This document shows positions 27,848 to 36,619 of a stretch of DNA of 64,000 nucleotides, piece by piece. Numbering within the stretch: the first letter of the stretch is position 1; each line of letters starts with the position of its first letter. A program made the position numbers and the translations under genes. This DNA is from a virus (taxonomy: Duplodnaviria > Caudoviricetes), in the IMG/VR virus record IMGVR_UViG_2791355419_000001, positions 1,323 through 65,322 of that record; one strand, written 5' to 3'. The notes under the pieces were generated by a model. The model was not told the origin of the DNA, did no database searches, and saw nothing but the letters and a program-made list of their open reading frames with translations.

Positions 27848-28945
27848 ATGAAGCGCATCAGTAAGGTCCAGGCGGCGGCCCGCCGGCTGGACGTGTTCGC
27901 TGTCGTTGAGAAGCTGCTCACTCTTGCCGCCCTGGTCCTGGTCGCCGTGACCGTTGGCGGGCAGCTGGGGCAGATCCTCGGCCTGCACGGCACGCTCGGC
28001 ATGCTCGTCGGCTGGTCGATCGCGATCGTGTATGACGCGCTGTGGATCGGTGCTCTGCGCATGTCGGAGGTGGCGATCCGGCAGCGGTCCGCGGTCGGCA
28101 TCGCTGTGATGATCGGTCTGTCGGTTGTGGCGGTTGGTACGTCGACGGCGACGCTGCTGGTCCTCGGGCACGCCCAGGTGTTCGCGTTTGTCCCGGTGGC
28201 CGCAGCTTTGTTCATGGGTCTGCGGCTGTTCGCGGGGAACGTCCTCGCGGACGCGGAGACTGCAGCGGTCATCGCCGAGCAGTCGGCGGCCGACCGCAAC
28301 GCCCGCGCCCTGGCTGCAGCCGACGCCCGGCATCTGCGGTCCGAGGCCACCACGGACGTCCTCACCGAAACCGCCGGCCACCTGGCGGAGATGGAACGGC
28401 AGATCGCCCGCGCCGATGTGCTGACCCGGGCGCAGGCTCAGATCAACGAGGCCCGCGCGAAGGCGGAGGGCCGCCTGGCGAAGTCCGAGAAGGAGCACGG
28501 TGTCGCCGCCCTGGCGTACACAGAGCGCGACTTGAGTCTGGCCGTCTCCCGGCCGGCGGTCACGGCTGGCGGAGACACCCGGGCCGAGCTGGATGGTCAC
28601 ACGGTGGTCACACAGGCCACCCCGGAAATCGAGCCCGTGACCATTCCGCCCGTGACTGCGGACGAAACGGACATGGTCGAGGGGTGCGACCAGACCCCCA
28701 TAGAGGACGGCATGGACCTTGCCGAACTCGCGGCGGTCGCCGGTGTCGAGCTGCCCCAGCCGGGCGCCCGACTGTCCGACGAGCAGCTCGCCGTCGTCCT
28801 TCGCTGGCTCCGCTACGGCATGGAGCCGCCCCGCTCCTACCGGCAGGCGCAGAAGGATTTCCGCGCCGCCGGTTTCACCGCCCGCGAAGAGCGCGTCCGC
28901 CGCGTCTGGGGTGAGATCGAACGCCGCGAAACACAGGTCAGCTGA
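27848..28945 (+). CDS. spdB: SpdB-like plasmid spreading protein
   Basis: Four N-terminal TM helices (…WSIAIVYDALW…), coiled coil, low-complexity linker, C-terminal HTH-like domain. Confidence 0.7.
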   Translation: MKRISKVQAAARRLDVFAVVEKLLTLAALVLVAVTVGGQLGQILGLHGTLGMLVGWSIAIVYDALWIGALRMSEVAIRQRSAVGIAVMIGLSVVAVGTSTATLLVLGHAQVFAFVPVAAALFMGLRLFAGNVLADAETAAVIAEQSAADRNARALAAADARHLRSEATTDVLTETAGHLAEMERQIARADVLTRAQAQINEARAKAEGRLAKSEKEHGVAALAYTERDLSLAVSRPAVTAGGDTRAELDGHTVVTQATPEIEPVTIPPVTADETDMVEGCDQTPIEDGMDLAELAAVAGVELPQPGARLSDEQLAVVLRWLRYGMEPPRSYRQAQKDFRAAGFTAREERVRRVWGEIERRETQVS

Positions 28946-29042
28946 CGCACGCCGGCACCGCCAGTGAGGCCCAGCACCCCCCGCGGTTCTGGTCCTTGCT
29001 GAGACTGCCGGAAGCAGTCGAACAGGCAAAACCCCAGTTCAA

Positions 29043-29098
29043 GTCCGGTGAGTGACCCGGTGAGCGGAACGATCGCAGACCCGGCGAGCAGACCCGGA
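29043..29098 (+). repeat. Candidate clt locus (TraB recognition repeats)
   Basis: GACCCGGT 29054, GACCCGGC 29078, GACCCGGA 29091 in non-coding gap. Confidence 0.4.
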
Positions 29099-29138
29099 CC
29101 ACCGCACAAGCAGATCCCCGACCAGACAGGAGGACGAG

Positions 29139-29372
29139 ATGGCCACCCGCACCCGGCGCCCCAGGCAGGCCGATAGACAGGCCCGCTCAGCCCAGCACTT
29201 GGGCGACCGGCGCCGGGCCGCGGAAGCCCAAGGACCCCTCACCGTCCTCCCGGTCGCCGTGGACCAGCTGCGTGCGGCGATCACCCGGCTCCCCGAATCA
29301 CGGCGAGCCGAAGCTGCCGCCAAGGCGACGCAGCTGCTCGACCAGCTCCGCCAGTCCATCGCCGAAAGCTAA
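29139..29372 (+). CDS. Hypothetical protein
   Basis: AGGAGG RBS. Confidence 0.65.
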   Translation: MATRTRRPRQADRQARSAQHLGDRRRAAEAQGPLTVLPVAVDQLRAAITRLPESRRAEAAAKATQLLDQLRQSIAES

Positions 29373-29501
29373 CCGAACGTAATGGCTCAACGGATGGCTC
29401 AAGCCGTCCCAGGCCGAGCCCAAGGATCCCGACGCGCCTGCGCGCGCCCGCGCGCGCGAGGAAACCACTAACTCACCGTAACCTCAAGGGGGTACCCCGA
29501 A

Positions 29502-29969
29502 ATGCCCGTCATCGACGCAGGGATCTCCGCCGCAACCGGCGGAACCTGCCTGGGAGCGGCCGGCGTGCTGTACGTCGCCGACCGGCTCCCCTGGATCAAC
29601 CGGCTCGCCGCGAAGATCAAGAGCCCGCAGATTCAGGTGCTGCTCGTCCTCACCGCATCCATCGGCCTCGTCTCCACCCCGGTCGGCCAGCTCATCAACC
29701 GGGCAACCACCGCTGTCGACGGCTTCGTCGACGGCCTGGCGGGGGAGTGGACCGGCTTCGGAATCATGTTCGCTCTTGCGCTGGCCGCCCTGCTGTGGCT
29801 GATCAGCGACTTCATGAGCGGTGTGCAGACTCGCACGCTCCTGCTGGCCGCCTTCGTTCCGCCGCTGACCGTGATGATCCCTGGATCGCTGGGCGACGGC
29901 GCAGCCTCCGCGCTCGGCTTCATCGCCACCCAGGTCGGATCCCTCGTCATGTGGCTGATGGGGGGCTGA
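29502..29969 (+). CDS. Multi-pass membrane protein (Spd/transfer-associated)
   Basis: About four hydrophobic segments; upstream of traB. Confidence 0.7.
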   Translation: MPVIDAGISAATGGTCLGAAGVLYVADRLPWINRLAAKIKSPQIQVLLVLTASIGLVSTPVGQLINRATTAVDGFVDGLAGEWTGFGIMFALALAALLWLISDFMSGVQTRTLLLAAFVPPLTVMIPGSLGDGAASALGFIATQVGSLVMWLMGG

Positions 29970-29970
29970 C

Positions 29971-30792
29971 ATGCTCGGCCTCATCCTGCTGCTGGCGATC
30001 GCCTACTGCTGCGCCCGCGGCCTGGAAAACGCCATCGGCGACGTGTCCGCCAAGCACAAGAAGCGGATCAAAAAGGCTTCGGCGAAGAAGGGCCGCCGCA
30101 CCGGCGCCAAGCTCGCCGCCTGGGCCGCCACCGCCGTGACCGCCGCCGGACCGTTCTGTAAGGGCTTCGTCCGCGCATGGAAGCGCGAGTGGCCCAAGGC
30201 GAAAGAGCGGGCCGCCGAGAAGCTGCGCCGCCGCAACCCCGACCCCGTCGAATCCGCCGAGCCGACCCGGCAGCGCGCCGACGACGGCGCCCGCGAGCAC
30301 ACCGAGCCCGCCACCACGGCCCCGGCGGGGACCGACAGCCGCAAGCTCGTCCTGATCAAGAACGACGACACCCACACCACGGAAGGAAAGCCCATGGCAC
30401 TCGCCACCATCCCCGAGATCACCGGCGTCAACACCCTCAAGCAGGCCGTCGCCCGATTCGCCTCCGAGGCCGGCGTCACGGCCGAAGAGGCCGGCGCCAT
30501 CGCCCAGCGTGCCGCCGACCAGCTCGCCGCGATCGAGGCCGCCATCGAGCAGGCCTCCGCGCTGGAGTTCGGCGACGACGGCGGCACTCTCGAGGAGCTC
30601 TCCGCCCTGCGCGACCAGTACGCCGCGGCGCTTGCCTCCGCCCAGGCCCTGCAGAAGGCCGCCGTCGACAACGCGGCGATCGCCGCCCAGTCCTCGCAGA
30701 ACATCCACTCCCGGCACGGCGGCATTCAGGAAGCCGTCGCCGCGACCGGCGGGCGCATGGCCTCCAAGCAGGCCTACACCGCCGACGCCTGA
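29971..30792 (+). CDS. Membrane-anchored protein with C-terminal helical hairpin (TraA-like position)
   Basis: N-terminal TM; Ala-rich coiled coil ending HSRHGGIQEAV; immediately upstream of traB. Confidence 0.65.
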   Translation: MLGLILLLAIAYCCARGLENAIGDVSAKHKKRIKKASAKKGRRTGAKLAAWAATAVTAAGPFCKGFVRAWKREWPKAKERAAEKLRRRNPDPVESAEPTRQRADDGAREHTEPATTAPAGTDSRKLVLIKNDDTHTTEGKPMALATIPEITGVNTLKQAVARFASEAGVTAEEAGAIAQRAADQLAAIEAAIEQASALEFGDDGGTLEELSALRDQYAAALASAQALQKAAVDNAAIAAQSSQNIHSRHGGIQEAVAATGGRMASKQAYTADA

Positions 30793-30793
30793 C

Positions 30794-30865
30794 CCACCGT
30801 GCGGCCCCGGCACGGTGGCCGGGGCCGCACGGTGGCCGGGGCCCCGGCCACCGTGCCGGGGCCGC
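30794..30865. repeat. Nested direct/inverted repeat upstream of traB
   Basis: Perfect 26-bp IR 30801-30826/30840-30865 overlapping 17-bp IR 30794-30810/30819-30835. Confidence 0.85.
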
Positions 30866-30909
30866 CCAATCCCCGCAGACTTCACGAACCCGCAGGAGTA
30901 GCAGCCGCC

Positions 30910-32937
30910 ATGCCGAAGACCATCACCGTCGAAAAGACGACCGCCGACGAGCAGACCCTCCCGGCGCCGGGCAAGCGCGGCTCCTCCCGTAAGACCAGCA
31001 GTAAGGCCGCCCGGCGTGCGATGCGTGTCGCCTACCGCACCCGCCGAGGCATGGCCCCCGTCTACGCCACCGCCGCCCAGGCCATAGCAGGCAGCGTCCT
31101 CGCCGTGCCCGACGACGGATGGAAGACCGCGCTCGCCGCCACCGCGGCTGGAGCTGCCGCCACCGTCGCCTGGGGTCGCTGGGATGCCCGCCTCGGCAAG
31201 AAGCGCCTGCGTAAGCGGCTCCCCGTCCGTGCCGACTTCATCGCCGCCGCGTCCGCCGTGACCACCGGTGGCAGCCTCGTCACCGCCATGGCCGCAACCG
31301 GCGGCCTCCAGCTCGGCGACAGCCCCTACCCGGCCCTCGTCGGCGCATGGGGCATCGGGCACGGCATCTACTGGTGGCGGCGCGGAAAGCGGACAGCGGC
31401 GCCCGCGCCCGCCCTCAGCAAGCAGTTGCAGCTTTGGCAGGACAATGTGTCCTGCTCCGACGGCCCCCTGCCCGGATCCGGCCTCGCCGATGTCGTCACC
31501 ACCGACTACGGCTGGACTGCCGTCATCGTCCTAGACAAGGGCACCTGGCGGAGGGCCGTCACAGCGGCGGGAGACATCGCGGGCGCCCTCGACCTGCCCG
31601 AAGAGATGATCCAGATCGAGAAGGCTATCGGGCAGTCCGCCCGCCGGGCGATCATCGCCGTCTTCGACCGCAACCCTCTCCAGGACGGCACCACCTACCC
31701 CGGCCCGCACATCCTCGACAAGACGACCGGGCAGGCCGAGGTCGGCATCTTCTACGACGGTAAGGGTGCCCGCTACGCCTTCTGGAAGCCGTCCGGTCCC
31801 GTTCACAGCGTCATCTACGGCGCCACCGACGGCGGCAAGTCCCGCTTCCTGGACATGCTGCTGTCCACCGAGCGCCACAACGGGATCGTGTCCTGGGTGT
31901 GCGACCCGCAGGGCGGCCAGTCCCTGCCCCGCTGGCGTGAGGCCGTCGACTGGTACGAAGACACCGCCCAGGGCGGCCTCGCCATGCTGTACGCCCTGCG
32001 CAACGTCATGTACGAGCGCTCCGCCCGCTACTCCCTCATGGAATGGACCGACCCCAAGGGCCGTGTCCTGCGGGGCCGGGACCACTTCGTCGTCAACGAC
32101 CCCGACCCGCTGATCGTCATGACGATCGACGAAGCGCATCGGGTCCTCGCCCTCCCGGGTGCCGTCGCCCTCGTGCTGGAAATCGTCCTGATGGCCCGCA
32201 AGTGCGGCATCAAGCTCCGCCTCGTCTTCCAGGGCCCCAAGGCCAACATGTTCGGCGCCGGCCCCGAGTCCACCGACATCCGCGAGCAGCTTCAGTCCGG
32301 CAACACCGTCATGTTCCGCACCGCGTCCGCGCTCACCGACTCCATCGGCCTGCCCGGCTGGGAGGTCAACCCCAGCCAGCTGCCCATGTACTGGCCTGAC
32401 GGCACCTCCACCGCTGGCCTCGGTTTCATCAAGGGCCCCGACAACCGGCAGGCCCAGTTCCGAGCCCACTTCGACCGTGACCCCGCCCACTGGGCCACCA
32501 CCGGCACCACGCCCACTGTTGAGCCCTCGGCGGCGGCCGTGACTGGCAAGGCCTACGCCGAGCGCCTTGACCGCCTTGCTGCCCGCTTGCGCGGTGAGAC
32601 GCCCGTGCTTCCTGACGACGCCTTCCAGGATGGGCCCACCGATCCCGCGAGGCTCACGCCGTCCAACGACCCCATCGCCCAAGCCTCGGCCGCAATCGCA
32701 GCCGAAGCCCCGGCCGGCACCGACGAGAAGGTCGCAGCGTTCCTCGCCGAGCGTGGCCGACCCGTCGGCCGTAACACCATCGCCCAAGAAACCAAGCTCA
32801 CGATCAGCGCCGTCAAGAACGCCCTCACCCGCCTCAAGAGTAAGGGGCTCGCGGTCGCCGTCGACCGCGGCATCTGGGCCCACCCCGACCACGCCAAAAC
32901 CCCAGCAGACGCCACCGAATACGCCGACGCCGCCTAG
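30910..32937 (+). CDS. traB: FtsK/SpoIIIE-family conjugative DNA translocase (TraB-like)
   Basis: N-terminal TMs, Walker A GATDGGKS, WVCDPQGG, Walker B MTIDEAH, ARKCGI, C-terminal winged HTH. Confidence 0.85.
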   Translation: MPKTITVEKTTADEQTLPAPGKRGSSRKTSSKAARRAMRVAYRTRRGMAPVYATAAQAIAGSVLAVPDDGWKTALAATAAGAAATVAWGRWDARLGKKRLRKRLPVRADFIAAASAVTTGGSLVTAMAATGGLQLGDSPYPALVGAWGIGHGIYWWRRGKRTAAPAPALSKQLQLWQDNVSCSDGPLPGSGLADVVTTDYGWTAVIVLDKGTWRRAVTAAGDIAGALDLPEEMIQIEKAIGQSARRAIIAVFDRNPLQDGTTYPGPHILDKTTGQAEVGIFYDGKGARYAFWKPSGPVHSVIYGATDGGKSRFLDMLLSTERHNGIVSWVCDPQGGQSLPRWREAVDWYEDTAQGGLAMLYALRNVMYERSARYSLMEWTDPKGRVLRGRDHFVVNDPDPLIVMTIDEAHRVLALPGAVALVLEIVLMARKCGIKLRLVFQGPKANMFGAGPESTDIREQLQSGNTVMFRTASALTDSIGLPGWEVNPSQLPMYWPDGTSTAGLGFIKGPDNRQAQFRAHFDRDPAHWATTGTTPTVEPSAAAVTGKAYAERLDRLAARLRGETPVLPDDAFQDGPTDPARLTPSNDPIAQASAAIAAEAPAGTDEKVAAFLAERGRPVGRNTIAQETKLTISAVKNALTRLKSKGLAVAVDRGIWAHPDHAKTPADATEYADAA

Positions 32938-32957
32938 GCCCGGAAGGAGACCAGATC

Positions 32958-33425
32958 ATGCCCACACAGCCTGAGCCCACCGACCGGGCAGAAGTCACCA
33001 AGCTCGCCATCGCCGTCGAGGAGGCACTGGCCGAGGCCATGCCGACTCGCTACCGCGATGAGAGCCCGCTTCCCGCCTACGGCAGCGCCCCTCCCGCCGC
33101 GCAAGACGGCATCCCCCCGATGTCCGCGCGTACCACCGAGGTCACTCGGGCGGTCATGTACTGCAGCCTCGCCACCGTGCCGCCCGGGCTCGTCGCCACC
33201 GCGATCCTCGTCGCCTCTGAGCACGCCAACCCGACCGTCATCGGCATGATCTGCGCCGCTCCCGCGGCGATCGCCGTGCCGATCCTCGCCATCGCCCGGC
33301 TCATCCGGCGTGCCGGGGAGGCCGCACCCGCCGAGATCCACCAGCACTACAGCGGGCCTGTCTACCAGCGCCACACCCACAGCAGCACCCGCGGCGTGTG
33401 GGCCAAAACCACCAACCAGCAGTAG
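32958..33425 (+). CDS. Two-TM membrane protein downstream of traB
   Basis: AAGGAG RBS; two hydrophobic helices; HQHYSGPVYQ tail. Confidence 0.7.
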   Translation: MPTQPEPTDRAEVTKLAIAVEEALAEAMPTRYRDESPLPAYGSAPPAAQDGIPPMSARTTEVTRAVMYCSLATVPPGLVATAILVASEHANPTVIGMICAAPAAIAVPILAIARLIRRAGEAAPAEIHQHYSGPVYQRHTHSSTRGVWAKTTNQQ

Positions 33426-33434
33426 GAGAACCCG

Positions 33435-33623
33435 ATGGAGCGCTACCACTCCCTGTACTGGATGTACACGATCCTCGCGCCGCTCATCCTGGGCCTGATC
33501 GCCCTCGTTCTGATCGCCCTGCCCGGAGATCCCAGCACCGGCCGCATGCTCATCGGGCTGGGGGTCTACCTCGTGATCGCCATCGTCGGCGGCGCTGTCG
33601 TGACCCGGCATCTCGACCGCTGA
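33435..33623 (+). CDS. Small two-TM membrane protein
   Basis: AGGAG RBS; two hydrophobic helices. Confidence 0.7.
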   Translation: MERYHSLYWMYTILAPLILGLIALVLIALPGDPSTGRMLIGLGVYLVIAIVGGAVVTRHLDR

Positions 33624-34030
33624 TGGGAGAACCCGTGAACGAGTGCATCCTGTGCGGTGCCCCGGGCGGCTACCCGTACTGCAACGCCGCCTGCCGCGAA
33701 GCCGACAACCCCGAAGGCGAAACACCCTCCATCAGCGCCGCCGACTTCGGACCCCTCACCGACATCACCGACCCGTGGGCGACCGACGCCCGCAACTACC
33801 TGTAGGAGAACCCCGCCATGTGCCGTACCGAACCGACGATCTACGGCATGACGCCGCGCATCGCCGATGAGATCGGCCGCGACGACGCACCCACCTGCTG
33901 TAGCGACGAAATGGGGAGGAAGGACACCAGCCGCGACCACATCGAGTACACGTGCGGCTGCTGTGGCACCGTCCTCGAAGTCGACGACCTCGGCCTCGTC
34001 TGGGACATCCGCGAGAAGGCTGCCGCCTGA
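33623..34030 (+). CDS. Two small Cys-rich ORFs (33623-33805, 33818-34030)
   Basis: CILC/CNAAC and CC/CGCC motifs with RBS. Confidence 0.55.
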
Positions 34031-34270
34031 TCAGCCGGACACGCCAGGGCCCCGACCGTCACCGTCCTCGGTCCGGGCCTTCGTCGCGGGTACGGCCCGT
34101 GCCATCCATCGGTTGTCGGACAGCAGCCTCGGCAGCATGGCGGGTTGCAGTCCGAGCTGTTCGAGGAGCCGGAGTCCGGCCGCGCATTCCTGCTCGGTGT
34201 CCGCCTGGACTGCGACATGCATGCGCGGCGCCAGTGCCATCGGCCCGGCGTTGTCAACCCTCTGGTGCAC
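34031..34270 (-). CDS. Small hypothetical protein
   Basis: ORF convergent with upstream genes; start uncertain. Confidence 0.45.
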   Translation of the reverse strand: MHQRVDNAGPMALAPRMHVAVQADTEQECAAGLRLLEQLGLQPAMLPRLLSDNRWMARAVPATKARTEDGDGRGPGVSG

Positions 34271-34316
34271 AATTAACCCAGCGTCACCAGCAGCCCCGCC
34301 GCACCGAGGAGCCGCC

Positions 34317-34961
34317 GTGCACGACCAGCCCCCGCTCGCCGACTACCAGTGGCCCACCTGCGGCTGCGGCCGGCAACTCCGGCAGGACGAACTCGGGCGC
34401 GTCGCCTGCCGCCCCTGCCAGGAGCGAGCCGACCAGGCCCTCCGGCAACTCCTCGGACTCGACGGCCTGTACGCCCGCCTCGCCACCGTCCTCACGCCCG
34501 GCCGGGGCGGCGACGGGACGATCGTGTCGACCTCCCGCACCGCACCCCTCCCGCTCCGCCTCGAACCGTTGTCGCTGATGTCCCGCGGTGGCGTCGTCAC
34601 CGTGCTGCAGACGTGGCTCGTCGACTGGCACGAGTTGCTGGGCTGGCGGTATCCGCGCTGGAACGGCGGTCTGCAGCAGCAGTTGGACGACGCGGTGCGG
34701 GCGCTGCGGATGAACCTTGAATGGGCGGCCAGCAACCACCCGGCGTTCTGGGAGTTCTCCGTCGAAGTCGTCGCCCTGGTCCGGCAGTGCGAGCGGCAGG
34801 TCACCGGGGAACGCAAGGAGCGGCCTATCGCCGTCGCCTGCCCCTGCGGAGCGACACTCCGCGTCACCGTCTCCACCCCCGGCGCCCGCTGCTACGGCTG
34901 CGACACCCAGTACGCGCGAACCCAGATCCTCGACCTGCCCCTCGCATCCAGGGCTGCCTGA
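34317..34961 (+). CDS. Zinc-finger protein, putative late-gene regulator
   Basis: CGC..CRPC and CPC..CYGC; sits directly before late promoter. Confidence 0.6.
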   Translation: MHDQPPLADYQWPTCGCGRQLRQDELGRVACRPCQERADQALRQLLGLDGLYARLATVLTPGRGGDGTIVSTSRTAPLPLRLEPLSLMSRGGVVTVLQTWLVDWHELLGWRYPRWNGGLQQQLDDAVRALRMNLEWAASNHPAFWEFSVEVVALVRQCERQVTGERKERPIAVACPCGATLRVTVSTPGARCYGCDTQYARTQILDLPLASRAA

Positions 34962-34983
34962 GCCCAAAACCCTTAACCACAAC

Positions 34984-35013
34984 TTGACAGTTCACCTGCA
35001 CCGAAGTCATGAT
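34984..35013 (+). promoter_or_regulatory. Putative late promoter
   Basis: TTGACA-N18-CATGAT, followed by 11-bp stem hairpin 35039-35066. Confidence 0.55.
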
Positions 35014-35088
35014 CTGCTCAACTAGCCTTCGTGCGCCTTGAGGCCCACCCCAACCGGTGGGCCTCAGTCATACCCCAGGGGGTGAACG

Positions 35089-35301
35089 ATGCCCCTCGCC
35101 CTCATCTCAGCCCAAGACGCCGCCTGGTACACCGGCCGCCGCGTCGGAACCATCTGGCGCTGGGCATCCGAAGGACGCATCACCAGCCACAACGGCCGCT
35201 ACGACGTGCGCGAACTGCCGGGCAAGACAGTTGACGAGTTCGGCGAAGTCCATCTCGGCGACCCGCCACCACTGCCGCAACGCGCACCCAAGGCCGCCTG
35301 A
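35089..35301 (+). CDS. Small HTH protein
   Basis: SAQDAAWYTGRRVGTIWRWASEGRI. Confidence 0.7.
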   Translation: MPLALISAQDAAWYTGRRVGTIWRWASEGRITSHNGRYDVRELPGKTVDEFGEVHLGDPPPLPQRAPKAA

Positions 35302-35413
35302 ACGCCCTGCCGCCCGACCGGCTCCGGACGTCACAACACGGCCACACAGCCCCCATGCGGCCTCCACGCAGCGCATGATGCCCCCTCAGCTCCACCGCGT
35401 CCTTGGGGGGACC

Positions 35414-35890
35414 ATGCGCACCCGTACAGCCCTGCCCGCCGTCCTGCTTGCCCTCGCCGCCTTCACGGCCGGCTGTTCCGGCGGCGACGACGGCGCCTTC
35501 GCCGACGAACCAGCCTGCAAGAAGGCCCTCGCCACGCAGCTCGAAGACGCCATCGCTAAGGGCGACGACGCACCCGAAGGCAAGCAGCCCATCACTTGCG
35601 TCGGGATCAGCACCAAGAAACTGGAGCAGATCACCGGCGAGCTCATGACCGAGCAGCTCGGCAAGAGCATCGAGAGCGCCCTACCCAGCCCCACCGAGGC
35701 CACCGAGCCCGCCGGGCTCACAGACGAATGCCGGGCCTGGATCGAGAGCGAACTCCTCGACGCCTCCGAAAGCATCGACGCCACCCCCGGCTACAACGCC
35801 TGCGGCCACATGTCCGACGCCGAACTCGACGCCGCCATCGACACCGTCACCGACGAGCTGATCGACCAGGGCGCTACCCCCGCATCCTGA
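35414..35890 (+). CDS. Lipoprotein
   Basis: Signal peptide with lipobox TAGC; two Cys-pair repeats. Confidence 0.75.
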   Translation: MRTRTALPAVLLALAAFTAGCSGGDDGAFADEPACKKALATQLEDAIAKGDDAPEGKQPITCVGISTKKLEQITGELMTEQLGKSIESALPSPTEATEPAGLTDECRAWIESELLDASESIDATPGYNACGHMSDAELDAAIDTVTDELIDQGATPAS

Positions 35891-35913
35891 CCGCAGTACA
35901 GGAGGTGGCGCCC

Positions 35914-36204
35914 GTGGTCGGCAACCCGCGCAACGGGCGCCCCTACCGCCGCCTCTGCGAGCAGCAGCGCGCCCTTGGCCTCCCCTGCTGGTGGTGCGGC
36001 GAACCCATCCGCTACGACATCACCGGCCCCCTCGCAGGCCGTCACCGCGACGCCTTCACCCTCGACCACGCCGTCCCCCTCTCACGCGGCGGCAACCTCC
36101 TCAACCCGGCCAACGCCCGCAGCGCGCACCGCCGCTGCAACAGCGCCCGCGGCAACCGCACCGACGCCAAGCGCCAGCCAGTCCGCGCCTCACGGAAGTG
36201 GTGA
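35914..36204 (+). CDS. HNH endonuclease (packaging-associated)
   Basis: CWWC...LDHAVPLSRGG...N..SAHRRCNSARG. Confidence 0.88.
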   Translation: MVGNPRNGRPYRRLCEQQRALGLPCWWCGEPIRYDITGPLAGRHRDAFTLDHAVPLSRGGNLLNPANARSAHRRCNSARGNRTDAKRQPVRASRKW

Positions 36205-36206
36205 CC

Positions 36207-36613
36207 ATGGCCGTGCCCGCCCGCGCCGTTCCGTTCATCCTGCGCCTGGCCGACGGCCGCACATGGGGAGGCGCTGAGTTCCCCGGCGGCTTCCTCTGCC
36301 TGCACCACCCTGATGAACTGAACGTGTGCACGATCGCCGTGTCGCTCGGCGCCCTGCTTGTCGATCAGCAGCCCGGTGACCCGCTGCACGGCGCCGAGGT
36401 GATCGAACGAGAGTGGTGGTGACCATGGCATCAGGCGACACCACGGGAACGGCTCAGTGCCCCGAGTGCCACGAGTCCGTGGAGTTCCCTGTGCGTGCCC
36501 GACACCGCAGCAGGACCGAGGTTGAGGTCTCCGTGGATCTCGACCCCGTGCGCGAGCACGTTGCCAGCCACGCGGCGCGCTACGTGACGGAGCTGCCCCC
36601 GACGGCGAGGTGA
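36207..36613 (+). CDS. Two small hypothetical ORFs (36207-36422, 36425-36613)
   Basis: Tandem ORFs in late operon. Confidence 0.5.
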
Positions 36614-36619
36614 CGCACC

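Larger units (their letters stand above)
23936..33623. mobile_element. Streptomyces plasmid/AICE-type conjugation (kor-spd-tra) module inside the prophage
   Basis: GntR repressor, xis-like HTH, SpdB-like protein, small membrane proteins, FtsK/SpoIIIE TraB; no Rep or integrase recognised. Confidence 0.8.

Noticed and set aside
29432-29460. CGCGCG-rich tract in tra module
   Set aside because: Low-complexity GC run with no supportable function
30910-32937. Chromosomal FtsK or type VII secretion EccC
   Set aside because: Single ATPase domain with terminal wHTH in a spd/kor context and no other T7SS genes; fits TraB
22600-34030. Independent autonomous AICE or plasmid inserted into the prophage
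   Set aside because: No RepSA/Rep, integrase or flanking att duplication recognised by eye; kept only as an alternative ancestry
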